DNA of 63,675 nt, filler included, from Octopus bimaculoides (taxonomy: Eukaryota), in assembly GCF_001194135.2 (NCBI RefSeq). It is 6 parts of 5 records of this genome, joined end to end, with 100 filler letters (N's around TTAATTAATTAA, not from the genome) between each part and the next. Parts side by side here need not be neighbours in the genome. Positions count along the whole stretch, not along the records: positions 10,435 to 21,320 come from NC_068993.1; positions 21,421 to 26,683 come from NW_026359491.1; 4 more parts are not named here. One strand, written 5' to 3'. The stretch's first letter is position 1. Every line of letters starts with the position of its first letter. Below the pieces are notes generated by a model that had not been told where the DNA came from, made no database searches, and was given only the letters and a program-made list of their open reading frames with translations. The position numbers were made by a program, and so were the translations under genes. Shown piece by piece: positions 11,511 through 24,309 of this stretch.

Positions 11511-13200
11511 CTGTCCGAAAGTTGTTTGTCCTTTACCTCACAGTCTTCTCCCAGAAGGTTTATGTACAGTTTTTTAGAGAGATATTTTTGAAATCTCCTT
11601 ACTGCATCTGGGTAGAGAGACTTCAGTGTGCTGTGTGTGTTCTGTGTTATGTGTATGATTTTAATGCGTTGTGGTGGTGCTGTGCGTGGGTGATATTTGT
11701 TTTGGTTTCGTTTTCGTTTTCTGATATGTCAGTATTTGACCTAATGCATTCCATTAGGTATGGATTGTTAGTGTTTATAGCTGTCAACATTGTTGGGGTG
11801 TCTGGTATTAGTGTGTTTGTGTTAGTTCTTTTGTTTTCTGCAAAAAGTGTTTTGGTTTCGGGAGTGGTAAACTCTTTGTTTGTTTGCTTTTCTATCCTTT
11901 TTTCCTTCTTTTTCTTTTTCCTCCCGTAGCCAATTGCCAATCATCTGTGTCGTCTTCATCTGACGACATGTTGGAGGAAACAGAAGGTGGGTGGAAGGGT
12001 ATTGAGGTCTATTTCTGAGTGTGTTAATTTTGTTGTTGGTATTGCTGCTGGTTGGTGACAGTTGGGATGTGGTGTATGGGTTTTTGGAAGTGGGGTATGA
12101 GTCCTTTTAGTTTTCTCTTCTTCCTTTGGAGTTGTTGTTGTTGGTGGTGGTGATGGTGTTATTTGGTTGGGCTGGTTTGTTGGTTGCTGATGTTCCTTCA
12201 TTTGTTTGTAGAGCTGTTTTATTAGTTGTGCATATGATGGTGTGGGTAACAGTGCTGGTTATTATTTTTTTTTTAGTTTTTCGTTTTCTTGTGGTTGTTG
12301 TTGTTGTCATTGTCGTTTTTGTTGCTGTTGTTGTTTCTGTGCTAGTGGGAAATTGATTTTCAGGTGTGATTTGCTACCACAGACGTAGCAACGTGGCTTT
12401 CTGCCTTCGACAGCCACATGCAAATTTGAACCGTCTGCCAGTTGGATTTGATGTGGAATCCTTTCCATGTTGATTGGATCGAGCAAGGATTTCTACTCTT
12501 TGGCCAATCCAATTTTGCTGGTCCAGGACAGCGATTTCCAAGATATGGATTTCCTCCTCGATATCGTAACAAATGGTAGACACAAGCCATTTTATTTCTA
12601 TCTCAAGGGGCACATCTTTGATTTTGATTTTTGTGAGTCTACGAGTAAGGTATGTAGGGATCATCATTAAGTTGTCGCATTCAAAGGACTTTGTGGAGAG
12701 GCTCGTTCTTCACTGTCGAATGTAACTTCGATCGTGGCAAATTTATTCCCTTTGTGATATAGTCTTTAAAGGCCTATACGGGCCTTAAACATTTTTCTAC
12801 TGTTTCTTGAGTGGCAGTTTCATATAGTTTTGTTTTTAAGTTGAGTGTCTTGTAAATAATTGTTTTTTAAAAATTTCTTCTGTGATTTTTATTATTATTA
12901 TTATTATTTTTTAATTAAATTTTTTTTTTTTTTTGTGGTGTTTGCAGNNNNNNNNNNAGCTTTAAAGCTGCGGCAAAATTGCTTTGAGTGTTCGTGTTGA
13001 TTGTAGTGGTGGTGGCAGTGGTGGAGGCAGTGTTTATAGTAGTAAACTTTGTCTTTACTTCTTTGTTTGTATCTTCTAAAGCCTGTGTGCGTTCAAGCCG
13101 AACGACTTTGTTTTCAGTTTCCCTCACCTCTGACTTTCGTAGAGGCGGGAAGTCAATGGTATCCTGGTTTGATTTAGCCATTTTCGTTTAGAATATGACA
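11510..13200 (-). mobile_element. LINE ORF1-like region (RRM-like segment + zinc knuckle + T/K/N-rich tail), probably the same element as 10435-11438
   Basis: FATIEVTFDSEE and IKIKDVPLEIEIKWLV segments; frameshifted knuckle VEGRKPRCYVCGSKSHLKINF (CX2CX4HX4, last C lost) at about 12345-12410. Confidence 0.7.
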
Positions 13201-13424
13201 AGGGAACCGAAGAAATTAAAAAAAAATTTTGGTAATTCACTCCACGTGGGGCATTTCCTATTAATATATTTACTGGGGTTGAAGGAGGTGATGTTAGACA
13301 ACTCTTTCACAAAAATTATTCCACAAACAAACAGTTTTTCTACAAAAGGAAAAAGCTAACTTAAGTAAGTAGCCGATTTTTCTACAGTCCATTCAGATAG
13401 ATAGATAGATATATATATATATAT

Positions 13425-13476
<52 letters not shown>

Positions 13477-13729
13477 CCGATGCTNNNNNNNNNNGGTGTG
13501 TTTACGTTCCGTAACTTAGCACTTCGGCAAAACTGACCGGTAGAATAAATATTAGACTTAGAAAGAATAAGTCCTGGGGGTCGACCTCTTCGACTAAAAA
13601 CCTTTAAGGTGGTGCTCCAGCATAGCTGCAGTCAGTCAGATGTCTAAAACAAGCAAGAGAATAAAATGTATGTATGTATGTATGTATGTATGTGTGCGTG
13701 TATACACACACACACACACACACTGAGGA

Positions 13730-14600
13730 TGCGGTCAATAAATTGTCGTCTAAATTAAGCAAAAGTGAAAATTACACTAACATCTCATTTTAACAGATGT
13801 ATTTACAAAAATTACATAAAAATATCTTAAATAGTAAAGAGTAAATTCATTCACTAAAATCGCTACTAGCTTCAACCACAACCTCCAGACGACTTCGGAA
13901 TCTTCTGCACCTCTTCTGGACAGTCTTGTTTAATTTGGTGAATGCTGCTATAATCCTTGCCTTCAGTTCATCTTTGGTGTTATAAACAGTTTTGTTGGTC
14001 TCTCTCTCACTCGACTGCGCCCCACACATAATAATCAAGGGGGTTGCAGTCCGGGGAGTTAGGTGGCCACATGTTAGGGGTGATGTGGTCGCAGAAATTG
14101 TCTGACAGCTATGGCTGGGATCTCCTGCTGTGTGGCATGGCGCATAGTCCTGTTGCCAGACATAGGGTCTTCTCGCAGCCACCCTCTTGAACCTGGGCAA
14201 CACTACCTCCTCCAGGCATTTGATGTAGGCCTCAATGTTGAGTGTGAGGCCGTGTAGGAAGATGAATGGAGGCCTAACGTTGCCATCCCTAGTCATCATT
14301 CCAAACACCATGATGTTGACTGGATGTTTGATTTTTATCACTCTTGGTACATATTTTGGGGACAAGGCAAGCCAACGGTTGCTCTGTGTTCACCATGTGT
14401 TCGTATTAGATCTTCCGGTGCGAGTACCAAACAGTACAGCATGTCGTTTCCAAATTTCTGGGAGAGTGAATTGCATCATGGTGTTGTTTTTCTCACAGAC
14501 GGTGCCCAGCTCACCCTACTATACTGTGTAGTCGACAAAATCAAAAACAAACAGTGCACATGCGCGTAATTAAAAATATAAGATGGCTACAATTTACCCA
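13730..14600 (-). mobile_element. Tc1/mariner-superfamily DD37D (maT-like) transposon, internally deleted and frameshifted
   Basis: KHPVNIMVFG...RPYVWQQDYAPCHT; in the shifted frame WPPNSPDCNPLDYYVW. The D-to-D spacing is 37 once the frameshift is corrected. Confidence 0.88.
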
Positions 14601-15189
14601 TCGCACTGTGTGTGTNNNNNNNNNNNNNNNNNNNNNNNNNNNNNNNNNNNNNNNNNNNNNNNNNNNNNNNNNNNNNNNNNNNNNNNNNNNNNNNNNNNNN
14701 NNNNNNNNNNNNNNNNNNNNNNNNNNNNNNNNNNNNNNNNNNNNNNNNNNNNNNNNNNNNNNNNNNNNNNNNNNNNNNNNNNNNNNNNNNNNNNNNNNNN
14801 NNNNNNNNNNNNNNNNNNNNNNNNNNNNNNNNNNNNNNNNNNNNNNNNNNNNNNNNNNNNNNNNNNNNNNNNNNNNNNNNNNNNNNNNNNNNNNNNNNNN
14901 NNNNNNNNNNNNNNNNNNNNNNNNNNNNNNNNNNNNNNNNNNNNNNNNNNNNNNACATACAAAGCAGACAAAAGGAGATACAACTGAAAAGCGACACAGA
15001 AAAACTAGGTTCATTGTTAAAGTTGTCAACAACAAAAACAACTGAAATTAATAATCTTCATGCACATGCACGGACACTCACACACACACAGACATGCAAA
15101 CCACCATAAGTATATACTTATCATTCTCACCATCCGGTTGTACATACGTATGTCTTAGTCTATGTGTGGTTATATATAGATATATATCT

Positions 15190-15522
15190 TTACTCTTTTA
15201 ATCTTTTACTTGTTTCTCTCATTTGACTGCGGCCATGCTGGAGCACCGCCTTTAGTCGAGCAAATCGATCCCGGGACTTATTCTTTGTAAGCCTAGTACT
15301 TATTCTATCGGTATCTTTTACCGAACCGCTAAGTTACGGGGACATAAACATACCAGCATCGGTTGTCAAGCAATGCTAGGGGGATAAACACAGACACACA
15401 AACATACACACACACATACATATATATGACGGGCTTCTTTCAGTTTCCGTCTACCAAATCCACTCACAAGGCTTTGGTCGGCCCGAGGCTATAGTAGAAG
15501 ATACTTGGCCAAGGTGCCATGC
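15190..15522 (-). mobile_element. SINE family D (CORE-like) with internal (CA/TA)n, CpG-retaining
   Basis: Full body gactgcggccatgctggagcaccgcc...ggtcggcccgaggctatagtagaaga; the head is cut by the gap. Confidence 0.85.
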
Positions 15523-16513
15523 NNNNNNNNNNNNNNNNNNNNNNNNNNNNNNNNNNNNNNNNNNNNNNNNNNNNNNNNNNNNNNNNNNNNNNNNNNNNNN
15601 NNNNNNNNNNNNNNNNNNNNNNNNNNNNNNNNNNNNNNNNNNNNNNNNNNNNNNNNNNNNNNNNNNNNNNNNNNNNNNNNNNNNNNNNNNNNNNNNNNNN
15701 NNNNNNNNNNNNNNNNNNNNNNNNNNNNNNNNNNNNNNNNNNNNNNNNNNNNNNNNNNNNNNNNNNNNNNNNNNNNNNNNNNNNNNNNNNNNNNNNNNNN
15801 NNNNNNNNNNNNNNNNNNNNNNNNNNNNNNNNNNNNNNNNNNNNNNNNNNNNNNNNNNNNNNNNNNNNNNNNNNNNNNNNNNNNNNNNNNNNNNNNNNNN
15901 NNNNNNNNNNNNNNNNNNNNNNNNNNNNNNNNNNNNNNNNNNNNNNNNNNNNNNNNNNNNNNNNNNNNNNNNNNNNNNNNNNNNNNNNNNNNNNNNNNNN
16001 NNNNNNNNNNNNNNNNNNNNNNNNNNNNNNNNNNNNNNNNNNNNNNNNNNNNNNNNNNNNNNNNNNNNNNNNNNNNNNNNNNNNNNNNNNNNNNNNNNNN
16101 NNNNNNNNNNNNNNNNNNNNNNNNNNNNNNNNNNNNNNNNNNNNNNNNNNNNNNNNNNNNNNNNNNNNNNNNNNNNNNNNNNNNNNNNNNNNNNNNNNNN
16201 NNNNNNNNNNNNNNNNNNNNNNNNNNNNNNNNNNNNNNNNNNNNNNNNNNNNNNNNNNNNNNNNNNNNNNNNNNNNNNNNNNNNNNNNNNNNNNNNNNNN
16301 NNNNNNNNNNNNNNNNNNNNNNNNNNNNNNNNCATCAGGTGGAGTGGGGTTCCGGCATGTCAAAACATTAAACTAGCTACAATAAACAGCGAGAAACATT
16401 TAAACATTCGCGAAAAAATATAAATATTCAAGAGCTACGAGCAAACCAACAGAAGTTGCTAGAAATAACAGTCAAAACATTGCTTAAAACTGACATTTAT
16501 TAGTTTAAAAAAT

Positions 16514-16684
16514 TCAAGAGCGCAAGTTTGCAATACACTCTAGAATTTTATAAAATAAATTATCTTTCTCGTATCTCCTTCTCCACATAAATCCACAAAG
16601 ATAAGAATCAACCATGGAACGGTGTGTCCCACACCGGCGTTTGTTTCCACGATTTAGTGCCCAGGTACTTTCAATTTGGTGAAC
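16514..16684 (-). mobile_element. Merlin (IS1016/ISXO2-like) transposase C-terminal fragment
   Basis: VHQIESTWALNRGNKRRCGTHRSMVDSYLCGFMWRRRYEKDNLFYKILECIA fits the ISXO2-type pattern (T)Q.IES.W...K...GT....L.SYL.EF.WR. Confidence 0.75.
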
Positions 16685-17049
16685 GTGAGTGTGTGTGTAT
16701 GTATGTATGTATGTATGTATGGATACATAATTGCAAACACACACAAGCGCTCATGCACGCACGTACACACGTACACGTACACGTACACGTACGTATATAT
16801 ATACTGCGTGTTTAACCGGGGTTGTGTCCACAGGTTTAGACATCCAGTCTTTAGCTACATATACTCAAGTATGTAATACAAATGTGAGATGAGATGGATA
16901 ATAGTGGATCCTTTCAGTAATCGAGAACCTGCAACACACACAAACGCACACACACACATATACATATACGTACATACATATATAATATACATACATACAT
17001 ACATGCATACATACATACATTCATACATACATACACACACATACAAAAA

Positions 17050-17445
<396 letters not shown>

Positions 17446-17489
17446 GTTTTCTTATCTACATTTCAACGATGGAACTTTGTATCGTTGTT

Positions 17490-19290
17490 AGACACTAGCT
17501 CGTTCGTCAGAGGAAGGATATTCCTGAGTGATAGTTTGTCTGTAATATTGCTTGTACTGGCAGTGAACTCCTTGTCAACCCTGTTAACAAAATGCCAAGG
17601 GCACATGCTGGGATATATAGAAAAGAATAAAATTGTCAGTCACATATTTTTTTGTTGATGACATAAAGTTATATTTTGGTCACATGATCAGCATCAAGAC
17701 ACCGTAAGAACTAGTCACAACATTCTCTGGAAACATAGGAGTGGAGGGTGAGGAAGATAATGCTCGTACACGATAATCAACAGAAGAAAGATTACCGACC
17801 AGAGAATATATACATCAAGTGCTTGTCTATCTCCTCTGTCTCTAATGATGAAAACTATACGTATCTCGTGGTCGATGAGAATGTTGCATACGTTGGTGCT
17901 GTAACGAAGGCCAAAATAATAAAAGGGTATTTCTGTAGACTCCGGAAAATATGGAACTCAGAGCTGTCTGCATTTAACAAGACAACATCGCACAATACTT
18001 TTGCAGTGCCACTTCTAGTACCAATATTTTGGATATTGGACTGACCTTTGACGAGATCTGCAGCCCGCACATCAAAACGAGAGGGCTATTGGCCACCACT
18101 CGCAACTTCCACATCAACAACGACACCGATAGGATGTATGCGTGACGAAGATTTGGTTGTAGAGGCATAGGGTCAGTCCAAATAGCCTTTGAATGTCGCA
18201 TTGTATCACTCAGACAACACTTACTGAAAAATAAAGAAAGAAATGAGTACATTCCACGCATACTCAAAAGCGAGAACAACAGAGTTGGAGAAGAACTGCC
18301 GTGCAGGTACTCTAAGAATGCAAATGTCTCATGTAATCCAAAGGAGGCTGAACTGGCCTAGCTAAACAGAAGCTTGGGGGAGAAGCAGGCATCATACCAG
18401 CAAAAAGCAATACATGGCTACATATCTCGAAAACTACAAGATCGTAACAGTATTGACAAGAAGAGTAGACTCTCCTTGACCTGTGATAGACACATTACAC
18501 CTAGAAGGATATGCTTTCACTATCCAGGATCAAGAGAGACAAAGATACTACCAAATTTCCACGTTGTGATATAAAATGTCTGCTTTACTATACCAGTGTG
18601 AAAGATATCAGCCACATCATCAGCAGCTGTCCCAAAATATCTACGAGATTCTACTTGTCCCCGAGGCACGATATAGTTGCAAAGACTATTTACAACGCTG
18701 TCTGTAGGAAGGACTGCCCTAACGTATACATAAAAGGCCTTTCAGAGCCAGCATGTATCCACACGCATGAAACCAAGAATACTGGTGGAGTACTCCATTA
18801 AAAACAGCACTTCGGTGCAATCATAACAGTGCGACAGAGAACAAAATTCATGCACTGTTGTAGAGGCAGCGGCCCAGTGGACGCGAATGTACCATCAAAG
18901 GTCAAAGAAAAAGGAAAATTTATGGTGAACTTATGCAGAACTTGCAACGCTTGAACCTTGACTATAATTTCCTATTTGCGCCTATCGTCATAGGTACCAA
19001 GAAATTTACTCAAAAACCTAGAAATATTAGGTTTTTCGAAGAGAAAGTAAAAGAAACTGAGGCGGATTCCAATCTATTAGCGACACAGTAAAGATTTGTA
19101 AGACATTCCAAAAATATTCCATGTGAGAGTCTTTAGATGAATAATGAACACACTTGAGTGTGTGCAGCTCAACCACATATTTACAAACACTGGGAACTCT
19201 CTTAACTCAAAAATTCTTGTCGCTTTTGTACCGACCGATTGGAACTCTCTTAGGAAGAACTTAAATAAAACTCAGATAAAAAATCATACA
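17490..19290 (+). mobile_element. R4/Dong-clade LINE, 5'-truncated (RT C-half, zinc finger, REL), pseudogenised
   Basis: RGIFLSDSLS, HIFFVDDIKLY, RKIWNSELSAFNK, DISHIISSCP...RHD and GPVDANV..KVKEK motifs; many stops and frameshifts. Confidence 0.85.
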
Positions 19291-19429
19291 TACAAACATA
19301 GATACATACATATTCATTCATACATACATACATACATACATACATACAGGCTTCGTAGAATTAACATTGAGATTGTCAGCCACCCAAATTTACTCACAGT
19401 ATTAACTACCTATGAAGCATAATGTTCGT

Positions 19430-21320
19430 GGACAAAACATTACATAATGAAATCCTCGAGAGGTGAATCTCCATTCGACATCCATAAGACGAAGTAAAAA
19501 TAAAAGATTTCACCATCGTCCGCGCACATCGTACAGACCGAAATAAAGGGGGGACAGCCATCTTTCTCCATGACTCCTTTTCAGTTGATGCCAAGGATGT
19601 ATTTTCCAATGACTATTGTGAATCCATATCACTACTCAACAAGGCAAACGACATAATCATTGTTGGTCTTTACAGGCCTCCCCCAAGCACCTCTAAAGTG
19701 CTTTGAAGAGTGCCTCAACAAAATCAAGTCCTTCCTTCAAAAATACAACTCCGGAAACATACTAATGATGGGTGATTTTAACCTCCCTCATATAAACTGG
19801 CCCACAAAATACTCTGAAGTTAGGCAGATGCTCTACATTAGATAAAGCAGCAGCAGAATTACTCTTTAATCTAATGGATAAATTCTTCCCGACTCAGCTA
19901 GTGCTCGAACCAACAAGACAGTGAAACGATCTTGGATCTAATATTAACCAACCACTCTAGCTCTGTTCACAGTATTTCAGTTGAAAAACTCTCCTCTCAG
20001 ATCACGACATGATACTCTGCAACTTTAATTTCTGGCATATCAAAACCAAACCAGCCAATCCCGCTCCACTGCACTCATTTGACAACATAAACTTCCACAA
20101 AGCGGACTGGGGAGCAATCAGAAAGGATCTGTCCTTTATCGATTGGTCTTTCACTCTCAGTTCCATTCACATTGAGACCGCAAGGCAACACTTTTGAAAA
20201 CATTGTCACCTATACAAGCTCAAAACACGCTCCTACGAAATCCACTAACACAAACAGAAACCGGCTCCCTAAAAAGAAAAAAGCACTCATTAAGCGCATC
20301 AAAAGACTCAATAAAAAAAATCAACCAATTAAAATACTCCCACATACAACATCCACATCCAACAACAATGAAAAGGCTGGAGTTGGAAAAACTACATCTG
20401 CAGACCGACATGAAAACCTTCATTGAAAATCAAAGAGTTGCGGAGGAACAGTGGGTAATCAAAATCATCAAACACAACCCAAAAGTATTTTATTCTTATG
20501 CAAATAAGAATAGAACCGCTGTCTCACCCATTGGACCATTGACCGATGATAACGGCATTCCCCAACACGATGTTAAAGAAATGGCAGAAATACTGCAGAA
20601 ACAATATTGCTCTGTCTTTAGTGACCCCACTGATATTGACGTAAGGGAGGCGAACGAAGTTGATTCCCAATATAAAATCTCGGACATAACCTTCACTGCT
20701 TCAGACATCATAGCAGCAATAAATGAAATCAAATACTATTCTGCTGTAGGCCCTGAGAGATTCCCCGCAAGTCTCCTGAAGGAATGTAGACACCAACTTG
20801 CAGTCCCTCTGACCAACCTCTGGAGAAATTCTTTAGACTCAGGTTATATACCGAAATAGCTCCTATCCCCAGTCTGTCATCCCGGTTTTCAAACAGGGAG
20901 ACAGGTCCCTCGCAGTCAACTATCGCCTAATCTCACTCACCTCCCACATCATTAAAGTATTTGAAAGGGTGGTAAGATCAAGGATAGCTGACTTCCTGGA
21001 GACCCACAAACTCCTAAATGCAAACCAGCATGGCTTTCGCCGTGGCAGGGACTGTCTAACACAGCTCTTACACGACATTGAAGATATACTTAAAGCCTTG
21101 GGGACAGGTTCGAACACTGATGTCATATATCTTGACTTCAGTAAAGTGTTCGACAGGGTTGACCATAATATCTTACTCACAAAATTGGCAAATGTTGGAA
21201 TCCGTGGAAAACTTCTACACTGGATTAAGTATTTCCTGAAGAATAGAACACAAGAAGTTGTAGTCGATGGAGTCCACTCAAGCCCAGCAAAAGTCACGAG
21301 TGGTGTTCCTCAGGGGACTG
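19430..21320 (+). mobile_element. CR1-like LINE ORF2 (APE + RT), frameshifted, truncated by a scaffold join
   Basis: GLYRPP, MGDFNLPHINW, SDHDMI, NYRLISLTS, QHGFRRGRDCLTQLL, YLDFSKVFDRVDH and SGVPQGT. Confidence 0.92.
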
Positions 21321-22380
21321 NNNNNNNNNNNNNNNNNNNNNNNNNNNNNNNNNNNNNNNNNNNNTTAATTAATTAANNNNNNNNNNNNNNNNNNNNNNNN
21401 NNNNNNNNNNNNNNNNNNNNGGTACACGTGTTTCAAGCTTTATACACAAACTGTCGTTGCATCATTATATCAGTATATAATTGATAGAAAGAAAAAGAGA
21501 TAGAAAAAGGAAAAGTCCACTTAGTATTATCCTTTGTAATATGCTTATCCTTTAAATTGTTATATCTGCATAAATCTTCCTTGGTATTCAAAAATCTGTC
21601 CATATTGTACCAGAATTTAGGGTAGAGTGAATGATAAATAGATTGGATTGTATATAACTAGCATATATGAGATAGAAGGAGATCAAAAATTAAAAAAAGT
21701 TAGAGGTTAAAACAATATAAAATACGAAATAAAACAATATAAAATAAGAGATAAAATATAAAAATAATAGAAGTCAAATCTAGAGTAATATAAGAAAAAA
21801 ATACGGATAATAAAGTAAGATGCATATAAAAAAAAGATTTTGTAGGGTTGGAATAAGGTAATAAAGGAATTGGGATAAAGATATAGAAGAAATAAAAGAA
21901 ATGAAATAAAAGAAGTAAAGAAAATGAGGAATAAGAAAAAAACCCATAAAGTAGNNNNNNNNNNNNNNNNNNNNNNNNNNNNNNNNNNNNNNNNNNNNNN
22001 NNNNNNNNNNNNNNNNNNNNNNNNNNNNNNNNNNNNNNNNNNNNNNNNNNNNNNNNNNNNNNNNNNNNNNNNNNNNNNNNNNNNNNNNNNNNNNNNNNNN
22101 NNNNNNNNNNNNNNNNNNNNNNNNNNNNNNNNNNNNNNNNNNNNNNNNNNNNNNNNNNNNNNNNNNNNNNNNNNNNNNNNNNNNNNNNNNNNNNNNNNNN
22201 NNNNNNNNNNNNNNNNNNNNNNNNNNNNNNNNNNNNNNNNNNNNNNNNNNNNNNNNNNNNNNNNNNNNNNNNNNNNNNNNNNNNNNNNNNNNNNNNNNNN
22301 NNNNNNNNNNNNNNNNNNNNNNNNNNNNNNNNNNNNNNNNNNNNNNNNNNNNNNNNNNNNNNNNNNNNNNNNNNNNNNNN

Positions 22381-22720
22381 GGAGCTAATCGACCCCAGGA
22401 CTTATTCTTTGTAAGCCTAGTACTTATTCTATCGGTCTCTTTTTGCCGAACCACTAAGTTACGGGGACGCAAACACACCAGCATCAGTTGTCAAGCGATG
22501 GTGGGGGGACAAACACAGACACACAAACACACATACATATATATATATATATACATATATACGACGGCCTTCTTTCAGTTTCCGTCTACCAAATCCACTC
22601 ACAAGGCTTTGGTCGGCCCGAGGCTATAGTAGAAGTCACTTGCCAAAGGTGCCACGCGGTGGGACTGAACCCGGAACCATGTGGTTGGTAAACAAGCTAC
22701 TTACCACACAGCCACTCCTG
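22381..22720 (-). mobile_element. SINE family D with tRNA head and CORE-like segment, CpG-retaining
   Basis: Reverse-complement head aggagtggctgtgtggtaagtagc...ggttccgggttcagtccc followed by ggcacctttggcaagtgacttc; internal (CA/TA)n. Confidence 0.85.
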
Positions 22721-22769
22721 CGCCTATATATATATATGTATATATATATATACACACATGGGCCATGAA

Positions 22770-23095
22770 TACCAAATAAACGTGTAGGCTTGAAAGAAAT
22801 GGAGCTAGTATGATCTGCTGGATACACAACAGAGTGTAAACGCCCTGAGAGAAAAGTTGGACAGAAGAAGCATCAGCTGTGGTGTGCAAGACAGGTGACT
22901 GCACTGGTATGGTCATTTATTATATACGGCTGAGGACAACTTTGTGAGTAAGTGCCACTCCCTAACTGTGGAAGGAACCTGTGGAAGAGGTAGAACAAAG
23001 AAGACATGGAATGAGGTGGTGAAGCATGACCTTCGAACATTGGGCCTTACACAGGCAATAACAGGAGGCCAAGACCTTTGGAGATGTGCTATGAT
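22770..23095 (+). mobile_element. RTE-clade LINE 3' end fragment
   Basis: LREKL...LHWYGH...EGTCGRGRTKKTWNEVVKHDLRTLGL...DLWR. Confidence 0.85.
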
Positions 23096-23231
23096 TACAG
23101 CTGTGGCTGATGCCAGTGTTGCATGTCTGGCCCATTTAAGAGTACTCCTGATGCATCGGGTGATATGATATGCTTGAGAAGATCAGTTGAGTCAAGTAAA
23201 ACCAAAATTGTAGCTATGGTCAGTGCCTCTT

Positions 23232-23610
23232 GACTGGCTCCCGTTCCGGTGGCACGTAAAATGCATCATCCGAATGTGCTCGATGCCAGCGTTCCCTGAC
23301 TGGCTGCTGTGCCCAGTGGCACGTTAAACGCACCATCCAAACGTGGCTGATGCCAGTATTCACTGAGTGGCTCCTGTACTGGTGGCACGTAAAAACTACT
23401 ATCTAAATGCAGTCTATGCCAGGACAGCCTGACTGGCTCCTGTGCCAGTGTCATGTATAAAGCACCATCCAAGTGTGACCGATGCCAGTACTCCCTGACT
23501 GGCTCTCATGCCAATGGCATGTAAAAGTCACTCTCTGAATGTGTTCGAAGCCCCGCCTGCTTGACTGGTTCCTGTGCAAGTGACACGAAAAACGCACCCA
23601 CTACACTCTC
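23232..23610 (+). repeat. Six-unit ~66-bp degenerate tandem array inside an RTE-tailed retroposon (23100-23760)
   Basis: Unit starts (ga[c/g]tgg) at 23232, 23298, 23365, 23431, 23497 and 23563. Confidence 0.9.
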
Positions 23611-23751
23611 AGAGTGGTAGGTGTAAGGAAGGGCATCCAGCTATAGAAATATTGCCAGATCAGATTGGAGGATGGTGCAGCCGCTAGCTCTCCAGACCTC
23701 AATCAAACCATTCAACCCATGCCAGCATTGCAAATGGACATTAAACGATGA

Positions 23752-23785
<34 letters not shown>

Positions 23786-24099
23786 TCAATCCAAACAAGA
23801 ACAAGCAAGAAAAACAACAACGCGAGGAAGTGGTACAAGTACTGTGTTATTGGATGCTCAGGAAAGGAAAGAAAAGAAACAGGATTTCATGTTTCGAGTG
23901 GAGCTCTTCATCAGTAATATAGAAAAAGTCAAAAGAAGGGAAGACAGAGAAAGAAAATCGCCAATGATACACACACGGTCACATACTGAAATGACCGATA
24001 TACATATATACATATACATATATACATGCATACATACATATACATACACACACACACATATATATATACAAATATGTATATATACATATAATATATATA

Positions 24100-24309
24100 T
24101 ACTAGCAGCTAAGCCCGGTTTCACCCGGTCTGTTTGGATGATGTGGCTGTGATCGTTTTCGGTTAGGCATAATCTATAACAGCGTTTCTCAACTTTATCA
24201 TTTCAGGTCCCCTGTTTTGATTGGAGCCTCCAGCTATATAAAAATTTCCTCCCCTCCCCGTGTCAGAAAACAGCTTAGCCTGTTCCCCCTCCCCAAACCA
24301 CCCTTCCTG
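24100..24309 (+). mobile_element. Possible non-autonomous Helitron 5' end
   Basis: actagcagctaagcccggtttcacccgg resembles the CTAG...CCCGGCTTCGCCCGG start of invertebrate Helitron derivatives; the rest lies in a gap. Confidence 0.35.

Noticed and set aside
15451-16376. Long ORFs of 200-300 aa in the ORF track (also around 24.3, 27.8, 31.4 and 39.0 kb)
   Set aside because: They are almost entirely X because they span N gaps.
23232-23610. CRISPR-like repeat/spacer appearance
   Set aside because: The 'spacers' are homologous to each other, the repeats are degenerate, there are no cas genes, the context is eukaryotic, and the array sits inside a retroposon tail.
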